From NCBI GenBank assembly GCA_963709585.1, contig CAVPXI010000004.1:128001-192000 (forward strand): a DNA stretch of 64,000 nt. The letters are read 5' to 3'. Positions 9,827-19,539 of this stretch are shown here, in pieces. This stretch comes from Candidatus Dormiibacterota bacterium. GTDB lineage: Bacteria; Chloroflexota; Dormibacteria; Aeolococcales; Aeolococcaceae. The notes beneath the pieces are model-generated. The model searched no databases. It was not told where the DNA came from and was given only the letters and a program-made list of their open reading frames with translations. Position numbers and translations under genes: made by a program. Each line of letters begins with the position of its first letter. Within the stretch, counting starts at the first letter, position 1.

Positions 9827-11574
9827 GTGAGCACGGCCGGCTCGCCTGAACCGCCACCGCTTCCATCGCCCGCTGAGCCCTCCGCCTTGCAGCCGCCCGC
9901 GGCGGTGCCGGATAGCGACCAGGCACTCCCCACGCCTCGCCGCGAGCACTCGAAGGCGTTCCGGGCGGTCGCGGGTGGCGGGATCGCGGTTCTTGTGGCA
10001 GGCGGCGTCGCGGCGGCCGTACTCGCCTTCGGCTTCCTTCGCGGTACCGCTGAACTCGATGGTGTCGTTCGCTCCGAGCGACACGTCGGTTTATGTCAAT
10101 GTCGACCTCGAGCCGTCGGGTGGCCAGTTGCTGGCCCTCAACAGCATCCTCGGCAAGTTCCCCGGTCTGGGCGGTTCGTCGCGTGATGCGACGATCAACC
10201 ACTGGCTCGACAGCGCGCTGCAGTCCTCGGGGCTCTCTCACACCGACGTTCGCACCTGGCTCGGGTCGCAACTCTCCCTGATCATGTTGGGAAACCCCGG
10301 AGCCGTCACGCCGTCAGAGGTCTCGCTTCTGGCGAGCACCAATGACGCCTCTGCGCAGGCTATGTTCACCAAGTACAAGTCGGGGCCGGTCGGGCACACC
10401 CAACGCTGGACAGCGGCGACCTACGACGGCGTGACCGTCAATGTCGGACAGGACTCTTCGGCCGCCACGCAGGTATGGGCGATCACCGCCGGCACCGTCA
10501 TAGCGGGGACATCGGAGACGGCTGTCGACGAGGTCATCGACACCTCCCAGGGCAAACACGCGAACCTCCTGTCGACTGCCGACTACACGGCGGTGCAGGC
10601 GCAGCTTCCCAGTGATCGCCTCGCCTTCGTCTACCTCAACGTTCCCAGCCTTGATTCGCTGATCCCATCCGCAGCCTCCACGGCGAGTGTGACATCGGCC
10701 CTGAACGGATACGGAGGAATCGGAGAGGCGGTCGTCGCTTCGTCATCGGGGATCACGGTGTCCGGCACCATCGACTACGACGCCGCCAAGCTCAGCGCTG
10801 CGGCGCGCGCAATGCTCGGCGTGCCAGGCTCACGCGAACGGCGCACTTGCCTACGTGCCCGCGCATGCCCTGGGTTTCCTCACGCTGGTCGGTCTTCCTC
10901 AGATCCTGAAGAGTGTCGTCTCCCTGGCCGGCCCGAGCATCGGCTCGTCTGCGAGCCAGGCGTTGCAACAGCTTGGCATCACCGGGTCGTCGGGCATCAT
11001 CAATCACCTCACCGGTGACGCCGGTATCGAAGTAGAGCAGACGCAAGGAGCGCAGGTGCCCTCGGGCGCGCTGCTCATCGGGACGAATTCGTCTGCGGCC
11101 GCGCAGACCTTCCTCGACGGGTTGACGAGCGCCGCCTGCTCCGCGGCGGGCGCCTGCGGCTCGTCCACCGTGACCCGCCAGACCTATCAGGGTGTGACCA
11201 TCTCCACGATCGCCATCCCCAACGTCACCGCCTCCGAGCTCGGCCCGTCGTACGCGGTCGACGACGGCTGGGTGATCGTTGCGTCGACAGCCGCCGAGGT
11301 GCGCGCGGTGATCGATGCCAAACGCTCCGGCAACATCACCACCTCACCGCAGTACCGGGTCGTTGCCGGCCAGGTCGGCGCGAGCAATGACGGCATGTTC
11401 TATCTCAACGTGCAGGCGATCGTCGCCGCTGTGCGCACGGTGCTCCCGGCGGATTTCCGCGTCTACTTCGATCAACAGGTTGCTCCCTATCTGACGCCGA
11501 TACAGGCGATAGGGAGCAGTGCGCAGTTCTTCAAAGACCATGTGGCCACTTCGGAGTTCGTACTGATTCGGTAG
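9827..11574 (+). CDS. DUF3352-like membrane-anchored protein (frameshifts near 10055 and 10827)
   Basis: Three overlapping ORFs (9827, 9975, 10855) join into an N-terminal TM anchor plus two repeated domains (TYDGVT/TYQGVT...AVDEVID/VRAVID...YLNV). Confidence 0.7.
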
Positions 11575-11615
11575 GCGCTTGTGTTGAGCGCCGCTGACTA
11601 CAGCGGCCGAGGAAC

Positions 11616-11834
11616 TCACGTCGACGAGCGCATGGGGGCGCCAGCGATGCGGCGACGGCACACGGTGTGTTGAATGTAATCCGGGGTGGGAAGTTTCACC
11701 GCCAGCCGGCAGCGGGCCGCACCCGGAAAGCCACCGTGTTGCGAAACCGGGAGGTAGTAGCGGCACCCGGTCACCGTTTCCTCTGAATACGGGCACGAAC
11801 CAAGCGCGTCGCTGAGATCGATGCCTTTGGCCAT
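11616..11834 (-). CDS. Small hypothetical protein with 4 Cys
   Basis: 72 aa ORF, GAGGAG RBS, fits the intergenic gap. Confidence 0.55.
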   Translation of the reverse strand: MAKGIDLSDALGSCPYSEETVTGCRYYLPVSQHGGFPGAARCRLAVKLPTPDYIQHTVCRRRIAGAPMRSST

Positions 11835-11923
11835 GTCTCCTCTGATGTGGTCTGCCTATGTCCGCTATTCATGCTCGGCGTTGGGGACTGCGGCCGCCAG
11901 TGCCGTTGGTCCTCAAGTTGGCA

Positions 11924-12274
11924 TCACCCGGTCGCGATCGCGCGGAGCGCGAAAAGCATCGTCAGTACCGCGCCTCCGACCAGCCAGACCCGTGCCTCAC
12001 GAGCCCCCAACCGCTTCCCGATCGTCATCGCGACTGGTAGCGTCAGTAACGTCGCTGCACCATAGAGCCAGTGAAGGAATTGATGGGGGCGCTCGCCGGT
12101 CGCGACCAGCACGATCCCGATCGCGACCTGAACCGCCGCCAGCACGATCGTCGCGCGGAGATACAGACGGACAATCGGGAGAATTCGGGGACGGAACAGG
12201 CCGACGATCGCGGCGAATGCCCCAACCGCAGCTAGAATCGTCAGTACGAAACCGTACCGATCGTGGATCAGCAC
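11924..12274 (-). CDS. Hypothetical 4-TM membrane protein
   Basis: Hydrophobic helices, FLHWLYG motif; TACCAT -10 7 nt before GTG 12274. Confidence 0.75.
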   Translation of the reverse strand: MLIHDRYGFVLTILAAVGAFAAIVGLFRPRILPIVRLYLRATIVLAAVQVAIGIVLVATGERPHQFLHWLYGAATLLTLPVAMTIGKRLGAREARVWLVGGAVLTMLFALRAIATG

Positions 12275-12436
12275 GGCGGCTATGGTATCGGGACGGTGGG
12301 ACACCTCAGTAGAGGCCATTTGTCACATCCAGCGCTGGCCGAGGTCACCCTATTCCGCGACCTCGTGCCCTGTGAATCCGTGGGCGGGACCACGCACACT
12401 CCCGTTTGACACTCCAACGAAACACGGAGGCTGCCA

Positions 12437-12586
12437 ATGGACGCGCCGGCTCCCTACATTCACTGGGGCTTCATCCTCATCTCGCTGCCGAATTTCGTCC
12501 TCATCTGCGTGATGGTGTTGCTCTTCGTGCTCGCACTCGTTGCGCCGTTCCCATCCCATCGTCCGAAGAAGCCGCGTGATGAGTAG
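12437..12586 (+). CDS. 49-aa single-TM protein (missing from ORF track), first gene of cytochrome b operon
   Basis: MDAPAPYIHWGFILISLPNFVLICVMVLLFVLALVAPFPSHRPKKPRDE; GGAGG RBS; overlaps the next start. Confidence 0.75.
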   Translation: MDAPAPYIHWGFILISLPNFVLICVMVLLFVLALVAPFPSHRPKKPRDE

Positions 12587-13256
12587 CGACACCGCACCGG
12601 AACCCATCGACCGGGTGGCCCCGCCCACTCCGTCCGCAGCGGACGATGAAACGGGCTGGACGGCGTCCATTCGCCGAAGGGTCGAAAAGACGCTGCCCAT
12701 CACCGAATTGCTGCCCACGAAGCAGCCGGCGTACATCGGTTCGTGGGTCTACATCTTTGGCGTCGTGACCATCGCCGCTCTGTTCTGGTTGGTCATCAGC
12801 GGGGTGGTGCTCGCGTTCTTCGGATCCGCGTGGTGGCACGTATCATCCGTCGGCCACTTCTTCAACAGCACTCATTTCTGGTCCGTCCAGATGTTCTTCA
12901 TCTTCATGGTGCTTCATCTCTGGGGACAGTTTTGGGGAGCCGGCTGGCGCGACGGGAGAGCCAAGACTTGGATGGTGGGCGTTGTCATCTTCAGTGTCAG
13001 CGTCGGCACCGCCTTCACGGGATATGTCATCCAGCAGAACTTCGACTCCCAGTGGATCGCCATCAATGCCAAGGACGCCATCAACTCGACGGGGTTCGGG
13101 GGACTATTCAACGCACTCAACTTCGGTCAGATGTACGGGCTGCACGTGATGCTGATGCCGATCGGGATTACCCTTCTGGTGGTGCTGCACGTCATCCAGG
13201 TGCGGGCGAAAGGCGTGGTCCGGCCGATCGACGATCCGATGCAGGTGGCGCCGTGA
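12579..13256 (+). CDS. Cytochrome b N-terminal (b6-like, 4-TM) protein
   Basis: Heme His pairs THFWS...VLHLW (13 residues between) and GLHV...VLHV (14 between, b6-type); FTGY motif. Confidence 0.88.
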   Translation: MSSDTAPEPIDRVAPPTPSAADDETGWTASIRRRVEKTLPITELLPTKQPAYIGSWVYIFGVVTIAALFWLVISGVVLAFFGSAWWHVSSVGHFFNSTHFWSVQMFFIFMVLHLWGQFWGAGWRDGRAKTWMVGVVIFSVSVGTAFTGYVIQQNFDSQWIAINAKDAINSTGFGGLFNALNFGQMYGLHVMLMPIGITLLVVLHVIQVRAKGVVRPIDDPMQVAP

Positions 13257-14260
13257 AAGCGTCCAAAGTCGACAAGAAGACCTACTACCGCGGAATCGCC
13301 ATGATGCCCTACGACCTCCTCAAGGAGGTCACTTTCGCCACGCTTGGCATCCTGGCGGTCGTCCTCATTCTTTCAGCGGTGCTCTCATCACCTGACGTGC
13401 CATCGGTGACGCTACAGAGCTGGTCGAAGGCGAACCCGGTGGATTTCCTCACGACCGCCTCGGGCGAGCTGTCCGGTTCCACGATCGTCGCCGGATACGG
13501 ACCGCCCTACAACTCGGGCAGCGGATCGGTGCAGAGCTGGGGCCCGCTGTCGCCGCAGTCGTGGGCCGGCGTGCACATTCCGATCAATGCCCCCAACGAC
13601 TTCGTGCTTCAGCCGCTCACACAGGCAACCGCCGGGGATTCGGGGCTTGCCTTGGCGTTGACCGCATACAACACGGCGTCGGGCGATCAGCAGCAGAAAT
13701 GGCTCACCAACTACACCACCGGTCTCGGTACGGCGACCGTTGCGGCGGACGGAACCGTGACTGTCCCATCCGGGGACTACGGCCCGGTGTCGGTGCTCAT
13801 GGATCGCATGCTCACGCTGGCCAGATCAGGCGGCCTGGACGCGCTGCTCCTCACGAGCGACCACTTCTATCAGACGGATTTCTCGCGCGCTCTGCTATTC
13901 CTCGATGATGGCGGCTACATCGCAGATCTCGCCACCCAGCAGAAGCTCATCGGCAGTGACTGGGGGGTCATGAACGAGACCGGACGCTACCCGGGTTCAG
14001 CGTGGCTCTGGCTCTATACGATGTGGTACCAGGTTCCACCCTTCAACTCGTCCACCGGATTCCTCGGCATCAGCTCTGCGAACACCGACCTGGCAGTGGT
14101 CGGGGTGATGCTCCTGCTGACCGCTCTGCTCCTGTTGGTGCCCTTCATCCCAGGTCTGCGCGACATCCCCCGCTGGATTCCGATTCACCGGTTGATCTGG
14201 CGGCGTCATTACGCGGACATGAGGCGGCAGGCGGCCGCGAGTGTCCAGGACGCGCCGTGA
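13253..14260 (+). CDS. Membrane protein, divergent cytochrome b C-terminal/subunit IV-like with large extracytoplasmic insertion
   Basis: GTGA coupling; PYDLLKE+TM helix at N-term; PGSAWLWLY...VPP...LLLLVPFI near C-term. Confidence 0.55.
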   Translation: MKASKVDKKTYYRGIAMMPYDLLKEVTFATLGILAVVLILSAVLSSPDVPSVTLQSWSKANPVDFLTTASGELSGSTIVAGYGPPYNSGSGSVQSWGPLSPQSWAGVHIPINAPNDFVLQPLTQATAGDSGLALALTAYNTASGDQQQKWLTNYTTGLGTATVAADGTVTVPSGDYGPVSVLMDRMLTLARSGGLDALLLTSDHFYQTDFSRALLFLDDGGYIADLATQQKLIGSDWGVMNETGRYPGSAWLWLYTMWYQVPPFNSSTGFLGISSANTDLAVVGVMLLLTALLLLVPFIPGLRDIPRWIPIHRLIWRRHYADMRRQAAASVQDAP

Positions 14261-14272
14261 GAGCTGATCCGA

Positions 14273-14752
14273 TCAGTGGCGGCGGCGGACTCCACGAGTT
14301 GGGGCGACAAACACCATGGCGCAGTAGATGATCGCCGCGATGGCCACGTGCATCGCCATCAGCACTGCGACCGCCGCCGCCGGCGCGCCCCTGGTGAGGA
14401 GCCACGCGTCGGGCAGGAAGAGCGCCAGGCTGATCAGGATTGTGAGCCGGCCGTAGAGCCAGCGCGGCGCGGAACTGATGCGGGTGAGCACGGGCCACCC
14501 CGCAGCGCCGATCAGGACGCCGATGATGGTGAGCTTCGCGTAGTCGTCGAAGCGGAAATGCCCGTATCCGGCGATGCCGGGAACGATGCGCGTGCCGGCG
14601 GCGACGAGGATCGCGTCGGCGGCGAGCGCGCCGATCATGGCGATCACGGTCGCGACGACCAGCCGCGCCGGCGTGGGCTGGCGATGGGAAGGAGCCCAGT
14701 CAACGCGAGCGATTGCCAGGGTGCGATCGATCAACGGAGTCTCTGCCCTCAC
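14273..14752 (-). CDS. DUF6069-like membrane protein
   Basis: 4 TM, LFLPD...LMAMH motif. Confidence 0.65.
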   Translation of the reverse strand: MRAETPLIDRTLAIARVDWAPSHRQPTPARLVVATVIAMIGALAADAILVAAGTRIVPGIAGYGHFRFDDYAKLTIIGVLIGAAGWPVLTRISSAPRWLYGRLTILISLALFLPDAWLLTRGAPAAAVAVLMAMHVAIAAIIYCAMVFVAPTRGVRRRH

Positions 14753-14758
14753 ACCGGC

Positions 14759-14792
14759 AGCCTATCGCTCGTTCCCTTGCAGAACGGTGAAG
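14759..14792 (-). promoter_or_regulatory. Shared promoter motif copy 1 (CTTCACC.TTC.GCAAGGG-N9-TAGGCT)
   Basis: Identically spaced second copy at 19540-19573; 6 nt before the start codon. Confidence 0.65.
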
Positions 14793-14857
14793 GCATGGTC
14801 CCGGAGTAGGCTCAGTTCGCGTGTGCCAGCCTCATCCTTCCCCGATCATGTTCCTCG

Positions 14858-15532
14858 ATGCGTGTCCTCGTCGCTGAAGACGACGCGAAGCTGCGCGAGG
14901 TCCTCTCACGAGGGCTGCGCTCCGCCGGTTACACGGTGGATGTCGCCGCGCGAGGCGATGAGGCGCTCGACCTGCTGCTGCTGAATCGCTATGCGGCGGC
15001 AGTGATCGACTGGCGCATGCCGGTCATGGATGGCATCGACGTGGTGTCCACGATCCGATCACGAAATCTGTCCACCCCGGTGCTCATGCTCACCGCGCGC
15101 GACACGCCGTCGGACCGCATTCGCGGTCTCGACGCCGGGTGTGACGACTACCTGGTCAAACCGTTTGATTTCCAGGAGATGCTCGCCCGTCTCAGAGCCC
15201 TGATGCGACGCCCCTCAGCGACACTCGGCGTGCGTCTCCGCGCCGGGGGGTTAAGCATCGATCCGGCGACACGGCTCGCATCGGTGAACGGCGCCGCGCT
15301 CGCGCTGACGCCGACCGAGTACGCGATCGTCGAGCTGCTGGTGCGACGGAGCCCGGCGGCGGTGAGCCGCGACACCATCGCAAACCACGCGTGGACCGAC
15401 GCCCTCGACCCGATTGCATCCAACAGCATCGATGTGCATGTCACCAGGCTGCGCGCCAAGCTGGTCGGCGCGGGGCTCCGGTTGGAAGCCGTCCGCAGCG
15501 TCGGATACCGGCTCGTGGAGCGGAGTCCGTGA
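14858..15532 (+). CDS. OmpR-family response regulator
   Basis: VAEDD, IDWRMP, LTARD, DDYLVKPF, wHTH ending VRSVGY. Confidence 0.95.
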   Translation: MRVLVAEDDAKLREVLSRGLRSAGYTVDVAARGDEALDLLLLNRYAAAVIDWRMPVMDGIDVVSTIRSRNLSTPVLMLTARDTPSDRIRGLDAGCDDYLVKPFDFQEMLARLRALMRRPSATLGVRLRAGGLSIDPATRLASVNGAALALTPTEYAIVELLVRRSPAAVSRDTIANHAWTDALDPIASNSIDVHVTRLRAKLVGAGLRLEAVRSVGYRLVERSP

Positions 15533-16752
15533 ACACGCGCTTGAGCAGACATGCACTGCGCATCGCTCTGATCACCACCTTGGCGGTCGCCGGCGTCATG
15601 GTCGCGCTGTGCATCGCGATCGATGTGATCGTCGCTGAGTCATTGCGCTCATCGGCCACCACTCGCCTCACCACCGAGCTCACGCAGCTGGCGCACAAGC
15701 CGGGCGGACAGAACCTTGCGGAGCCCGACGTCGATGACCCCGTGCTGGTCTGGAATGTGAGCAACGCGGGCGCGATCCTTGCGTCAACTCCCGGTGCACC
15801 GGCGCTGCCCGCACGCGAGCTCAACGCAACCGCACCCTCGGAGACAAGCATCGCCGGCGCCGACGTTCTGGTGGCCGGCGTGGGAACTCCGACCGGCAGG
15901 CTCATCGGCGCCGTGAGTCTCGGCAACGAGTCGAAAGCGCTCACAGCGCTCACGATCACCGAGGCGATCGTCGGACCGGTCCTGCTCGTTCTGGTGTTTG
16001 CGGGCGCGTTCGTTGTGGGACGGCAGACCGCAGGACCGATCGAACGGGCACGGCGGCGCCAACTCGAATTCACCGCCGACGCATCCCACGAGCTGCGCAC
16101 GCCGCTGGCGGTGATCGAAGCGGAGACGTCACTCGCCCTCGCGAACCTCGAGAGCGGTGGCGCCGACGATGCGACGCTCCGCCAAGTCGCGGACGAGACC
16201 CACCGGATGCGCAGAATCGTCGAGGATCTTCTTTGGCTCGCTCGCTTCGACGCGGTGCCCCCCGACCCGGTCACCGAGCCCGTCGATCTCACCACTGCCG
16301 CGACGGTCGGGGCTCAGCGGTTCGTCCCGATCGCCGAGCACGCGCGGCTGCATCTCGAGCATCGCAGCGACGGAGCGGCGCTCGCCCTCGTCGACGCTCC
16401 CGCGGACTGGATCGACCGCCTCATCGGCGTGCTGCTCGACAACGCGTGCCGGTATACACCGCCGGACGGCACCGTGAGCATCTCGGCGGTGCGCGAGCGC
16501 GACCATGTCCGCCTGACCGTGAGTGACACCGGTCCCGGCATCCCGGCAGAGCGGCGCGCCCGGATCTTCGAGCGGTTTCGCCGCGGCACCAGCGAAGGCG
16601 ACGGCGCCGGGCTCGGCCTGGCGATCGGCAATGCGATCGTGGAGGCGACCAAGGGCCGCTGGCAGATCACCGGCGTGCCCGGCGGCGGTACGTCAGTCGG
16701 GGTCGTCTGGCCGGTTTCGCGCGCCCGGATCGTCGATCAGATCCACCCGTAG
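15529..16752 (+). CDS. Sensor histidine kinase
   Basis: 2 TM, ADASHELRTPL, LLDNA, DTGPG, GAGLGL; GTGA coupling. Confidence 0.93.
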   Translation: MNTRLSRHALRIALITTLAVAGVMVALCIAIDVIVAESLRSSATTRLTTELTQLAHKPGGQNLAEPDVDDPVLVWNVSNAGAILASTPGAPALPARELNATAPSETSIAGADVLVAGVGTPTGRLIGAVSLGNESKALTALTITEAIVGPVLLVLVFAGAFVVGRQTAGPIERARRRQLEFTADASHELRTPLAVIEAETSLALANLESGGADDATLRQVADETHRMRRIVEDLLWLARFDAVPPDPVTEPVDLTTAATVGAQRFVPIAEHARLHLEHRSDGAALALVDAPADWIDRLIGVLLDNACRYTPPDGTVSISAVRERDHVRLTVSDTGPGIPAERRARIFERFRRGTSEGDGAGLGLAIGNAIVEATKGRWQITGVPGGGTSVGVVWPVSRARIVDQIHP

Positions 16753-16932
16753 GGCGGAGCGGGGACACTCATCGACCGCACGACGGGCGTGCTCAAGCAC
16801 GTCATCGGACAGCGCGCGCAAGTCGATGATCGGGTATCCCCAGTCGTCCATCCGGATGCGTTCAGGGAACAGCTCGCCGCACATGCCGTGCGCCTTGCAC
16901 TTGATTGGATCGACGCGCAGGCGGACCCTCAC
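16693..16932 (-). CDS. Ferredoxin ([3Fe-4S]-type)
   Basis: CKAHGMC...DDWGYP...ECP; GTGA coupling; 3' end overlaps the kinase by 60 bp. Confidence 0.85.
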   Translation of the reverse strand: MRVRLRVDPIKCKAHGMCGELFPERIRMDDWGYPIIDLRALSDDVLEHARRAVDECPRSALRVDLIDDPGARNRPDDPD

Positions 16933-18215
16933 CACCATCCAACCTCGATCGCTGGCACCGGCAGCAACGACGGCTGCGCGGAGAACCTGCACTCACCGTG
17001 CCTGAGGTGATGGCGGAGATCGGCGGCGAAAACCTCCATCGCGCTGCCAAGGAACAGCATCGCCCCATCAGGATGCCTGCACGCGCCCCGCCCGACCACG
17101 TCGTTCGACCATCGGATGAGGAGGTCGAGCGCAGCGGGGCGGGCCCGCCCGGTGGCGACCTTGTGGAACGTCTCGGCGATCGCCGGCAGGCCCACATGAC
17201 ACGGCCCGCACTGTCCCGCGGTCTGGCTTGCGAGGAAGCTCAGCACGCGATCGGTCTCGGTGATCCCGCAGGTCGTGGCCGGCGCGACCACGAGCACGCC
17301 GGTCCCCAGGGATGCGCCGACCGATCGGAGCGAATCGGCATCGATGGTCGTGTCCCAGATCCGGTCGGCCGCCACCCAGCGGCCGAAGTACCCCCCCAGC
17401 AGGACGGCGGCGGGCTCCGCCTCGACACCGCCGGCGCGATCCACGATCGTCCCGACCGTGGCGTCACAGGCCGCCTCCAGAACGCCCGGGGTTCGCACCG
17501 CCCCGCTGACGGTCAACAGCGCGGTCCCTGGCGATCGTTTCGTGCCGACCGATCGAAACCATGGGGCACCGAAACGGGCCACGAGTGCTGCGTGGGCGAG
17601 CGTCTCGACGTTCTGGACGAGGGTTGGCAGCCGGTCGACACCGTGCTGAAACGGCCGCGGGGGCACAACCTTCGGCTTGGCAAGATGGCCGGAGACACGC
17701 GAGACCACCGCCGTCTCCTCCCCGGAGACGTAGCGGTTCGGACCGATCTGCACGTCGATGAAGCGCTCGCTGTCGCTGCGCCGTCTCCGCTCTCTGATTG
17801 CAACGCGAAGCGCCGCCTCGATGTCGCTGTGGGATCGGGTCGTATAGATGACGGCCCGTCGCGCCCCCACCGCCTCGGCGGCGTGCTCGAGGCCGTCGAG
17901 AACGAGGTGCGGCCGGTAGGCGATCAGGAACCGATCCTTGAAGCTCGCGGGCTCGCACTCGGCGGCGTTCGCGACCACCACGGCTTCACCGCCGCGCTGG
18001 GCATGCTCCCTCACCGCCCGCCACTTGACACCAGTCGGAAAGTCGGCGCCGCCGCGTCCGCGAAGGCCGCTCTGGTCCAGGGCCGTGATCATGTCGCTCG
18101 AATCGAGGACCGGGCGTGGTCCCATGCCGTCCAGGTGGGCGTCGAGGTCTTCCGGCACGGGACGCCGGGGCAGCAGACGCTGTGCGGTGCGTTCGACGTC
18201 CATCGAGAGGCTCAC
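16929..18215 (-). CDS. Stand-alone NuoF-like NADH:flavin/Fe-S oxidoreductase
   Basis: GLRGRGGADFP, NAAECEP, YVSGEETA, QNVETL, AGQCGPC...GAC. Confidence 0.9.
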   Translation of the reverse strand: MSLSMDVERTAQRLLPRRPVPEDLDAHLDGMGPRPVLDSSDMITALDQSGLRGRGGADFPTGVKWRAVREHAQRGGEAVVVANAAECEPASFKDRFLIAYRPHLVLDGLEHAAEAVGARRAVIYTTRSHSDIEAALRVAIRERRRRSDSERFIDVQIGPNRYVSGEETAVVSRVSGHLAKPKVVPPRPFQHGVDRLPTLVQNVETLAHAALVARFGAPWFRSVGTKRSPGTALLTVSGAVRTPGVLEAACDATVGTIVDRAGGVEAEPAAVLLGGYFGRWVAADRIWDTTIDADSLRSVGASLGTGVLVVAPATTCGITETDRVLSFLASQTAGQCGPCHVGLPAIAETFHKVATGRARPAALDLLIRWSNDVVGRGACRHPDGAMLFLGSAMEVFAADLRHHLRHGECRFSAQPSLLPVPAIEVGWW

Positions 18216-19231
18216 GCGCTCTGCTTCTGGGTCGTGAGCGTTCCGCCGATCGAGCCGTTGCCCTGGTCGACGACCTGCACGGAGGCGAGGACAGACCCAC
18301 ACCGGGCGGTGACCGAAGTGTTGCCGATGGTCGCGGCCGCCTGGCAGACGAGTGCCCCGGATCGGGTGACGGTGAGCGTTCCGGTGCCGTCCGGATTGGC
18401 GACGACCACGAGTTGAAGTGTGCTGTCACGGGTATCGCTGAGCGTCGCGGTCACGTTTGCCGCCGAACGGACGAGCCTGCCGATGAGCTGATCGTTCAGG
18501 CCGGCCGCGAGCGCGGCGACCGGGGCGGCTGTGCTCGCCGGGGTGGCCCCGATGCCGGCGAGGAGATCCGCCGGCATGCCGGCTGACTTGGCCCAGCCGT
18601 GCTGCAATGGACCGGCGGCCATCCAGACCACCAGGAGACCGGTCGCGGCCACGCTGCCGGTGATGCCCAGGAGACGGAGCGCGGTGAACCTCGGTCCCGC
18701 TTGCGCGAGGCGCCATACGAGTGCTGCGACAACTGCCAGCACGCACACCGCGACCAGCAGGAGCGCCCAGATCGACTTGGTGTCCGAGCCGGTTCCCAGA
18801 CCGTGGATGACGGCGATCGGCCAGCTGGCGTAGGCGAAGAGGTGCACGAAACGCCATGACCGCCATCCCATGCGATGGCGCATCAGGCTGGTCGCGGTGA
18901 TCGCGATCAGCAACTCGAACCCCACGACACCGAGGCCCAGCCACAGCGGACGGTATGAGGCGATGAACGGCACGAACGCGTCGACGAACGTGAGCTTCGC
19001 GAAGGGGTCGATCACCGACGTCAGGATGTGAATGATCAGGAAGAGGCCGACCAGCAACGAGAGGTTGCGGTGCAACGACTGGACCACGAACCTCGGCCAT
19101 TCCCGGCGGCTCTCACGCGATGACGTGAGCACTCCCAGCACGACGCTTGCGCTCAGCAACAGGAGGGCGGTGTAACCGCTGGCACGCGTCGCGTACCACA
19201 TCGGGGTTGGTCCGGCGAGTGCCGCTGGCAA
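18212..19231 (-). CDS. Ferric reductase-like (MsrQ-like) di-heme membrane protein with C-terminal extension
   Basis: WYATRASG, LHRNL...IIH, WRFVH...VIHGLGTGSD. Confidence 0.88.
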   Translation of the reverse strand: MPAALAGPTPMWYATRASGYTALLLLSASVVLGVLTSSRESRREWPRFVVQSLHRNLSLLVGLFLIIHILTSVIDPFAKLTFVDAFVPFIASYRPLWLGLGVVGFELLIAITATSLMRHRMGWRSWRFVHLFAYASWPIAVIHGLGTGSDTKSIWALLLVAVCVLAVVAALVWRLAQAGPRFTALRLLGITGSVAATGLLVVWMAAGPLQHGWAKSAGMPADLLAGIGATPASTAAPVAALAAGLNDQLIGRLVRSAANVTATLSDTRDSTLQLVVVANPDGTGTLTVTRSGALVCQAAATIGNTSVTARCGSVLASVQVVDQGNGSIGGTLTTQKQSA

Positions 19232-19244
19232 CGGACGGCTCGGG

Positions 19245-19532
19245 TCAGGATCCGCCCGAGATCGCTACGGGTGCCCCGCCATATGCTTGTTGAGGGAGCT
19301 GGACCGGCGCGCTCAGCCCCGGTTGAGTGACGCCGCTGTTGTCGGTCGAACCAGGCTGCGTTGCCGGCGCGCTGGAGGGCGATCGTCCGGGAAAGCTGGT
19401 GGCGGCCACCAGCGCGAAGACCCCGGTGAACGCGGTGGCTCCGACCGCCGTGTAGACGGTCAGCCGCCGGGCGCGGGCCAGGCCGAGGTCTCTCCGAAGG
19501 CGGGCGGAATCCAACTGCGACTGTCGCGGCAT
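19245..19532 (-). CDS. Small membrane-anchored/secreted low-complexity protein ending SGGS
   Basis: RR plus hydrophobic N-region, P/S/T/Q tail; first gene of the operon. Confidence 0.7.
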   Translation of the reverse strand: MPRQSQLDSARLRRDLGLARARRLTVYTAVGATAFTGVFALVAATSFPGRSPSSAPATQPGSTDNSGVTQPGLSAPVQLPQQAYGGAPVAISGGS

Positions 19533-19539
19533 GGATGGA

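Noticed and set aside
16929-18215. Complex I nuo operon or bidirectional hydrogenase
   Set aside because: No nuoE/G or hydrogenase subunits adjacent; stand-alone NuoF-like family
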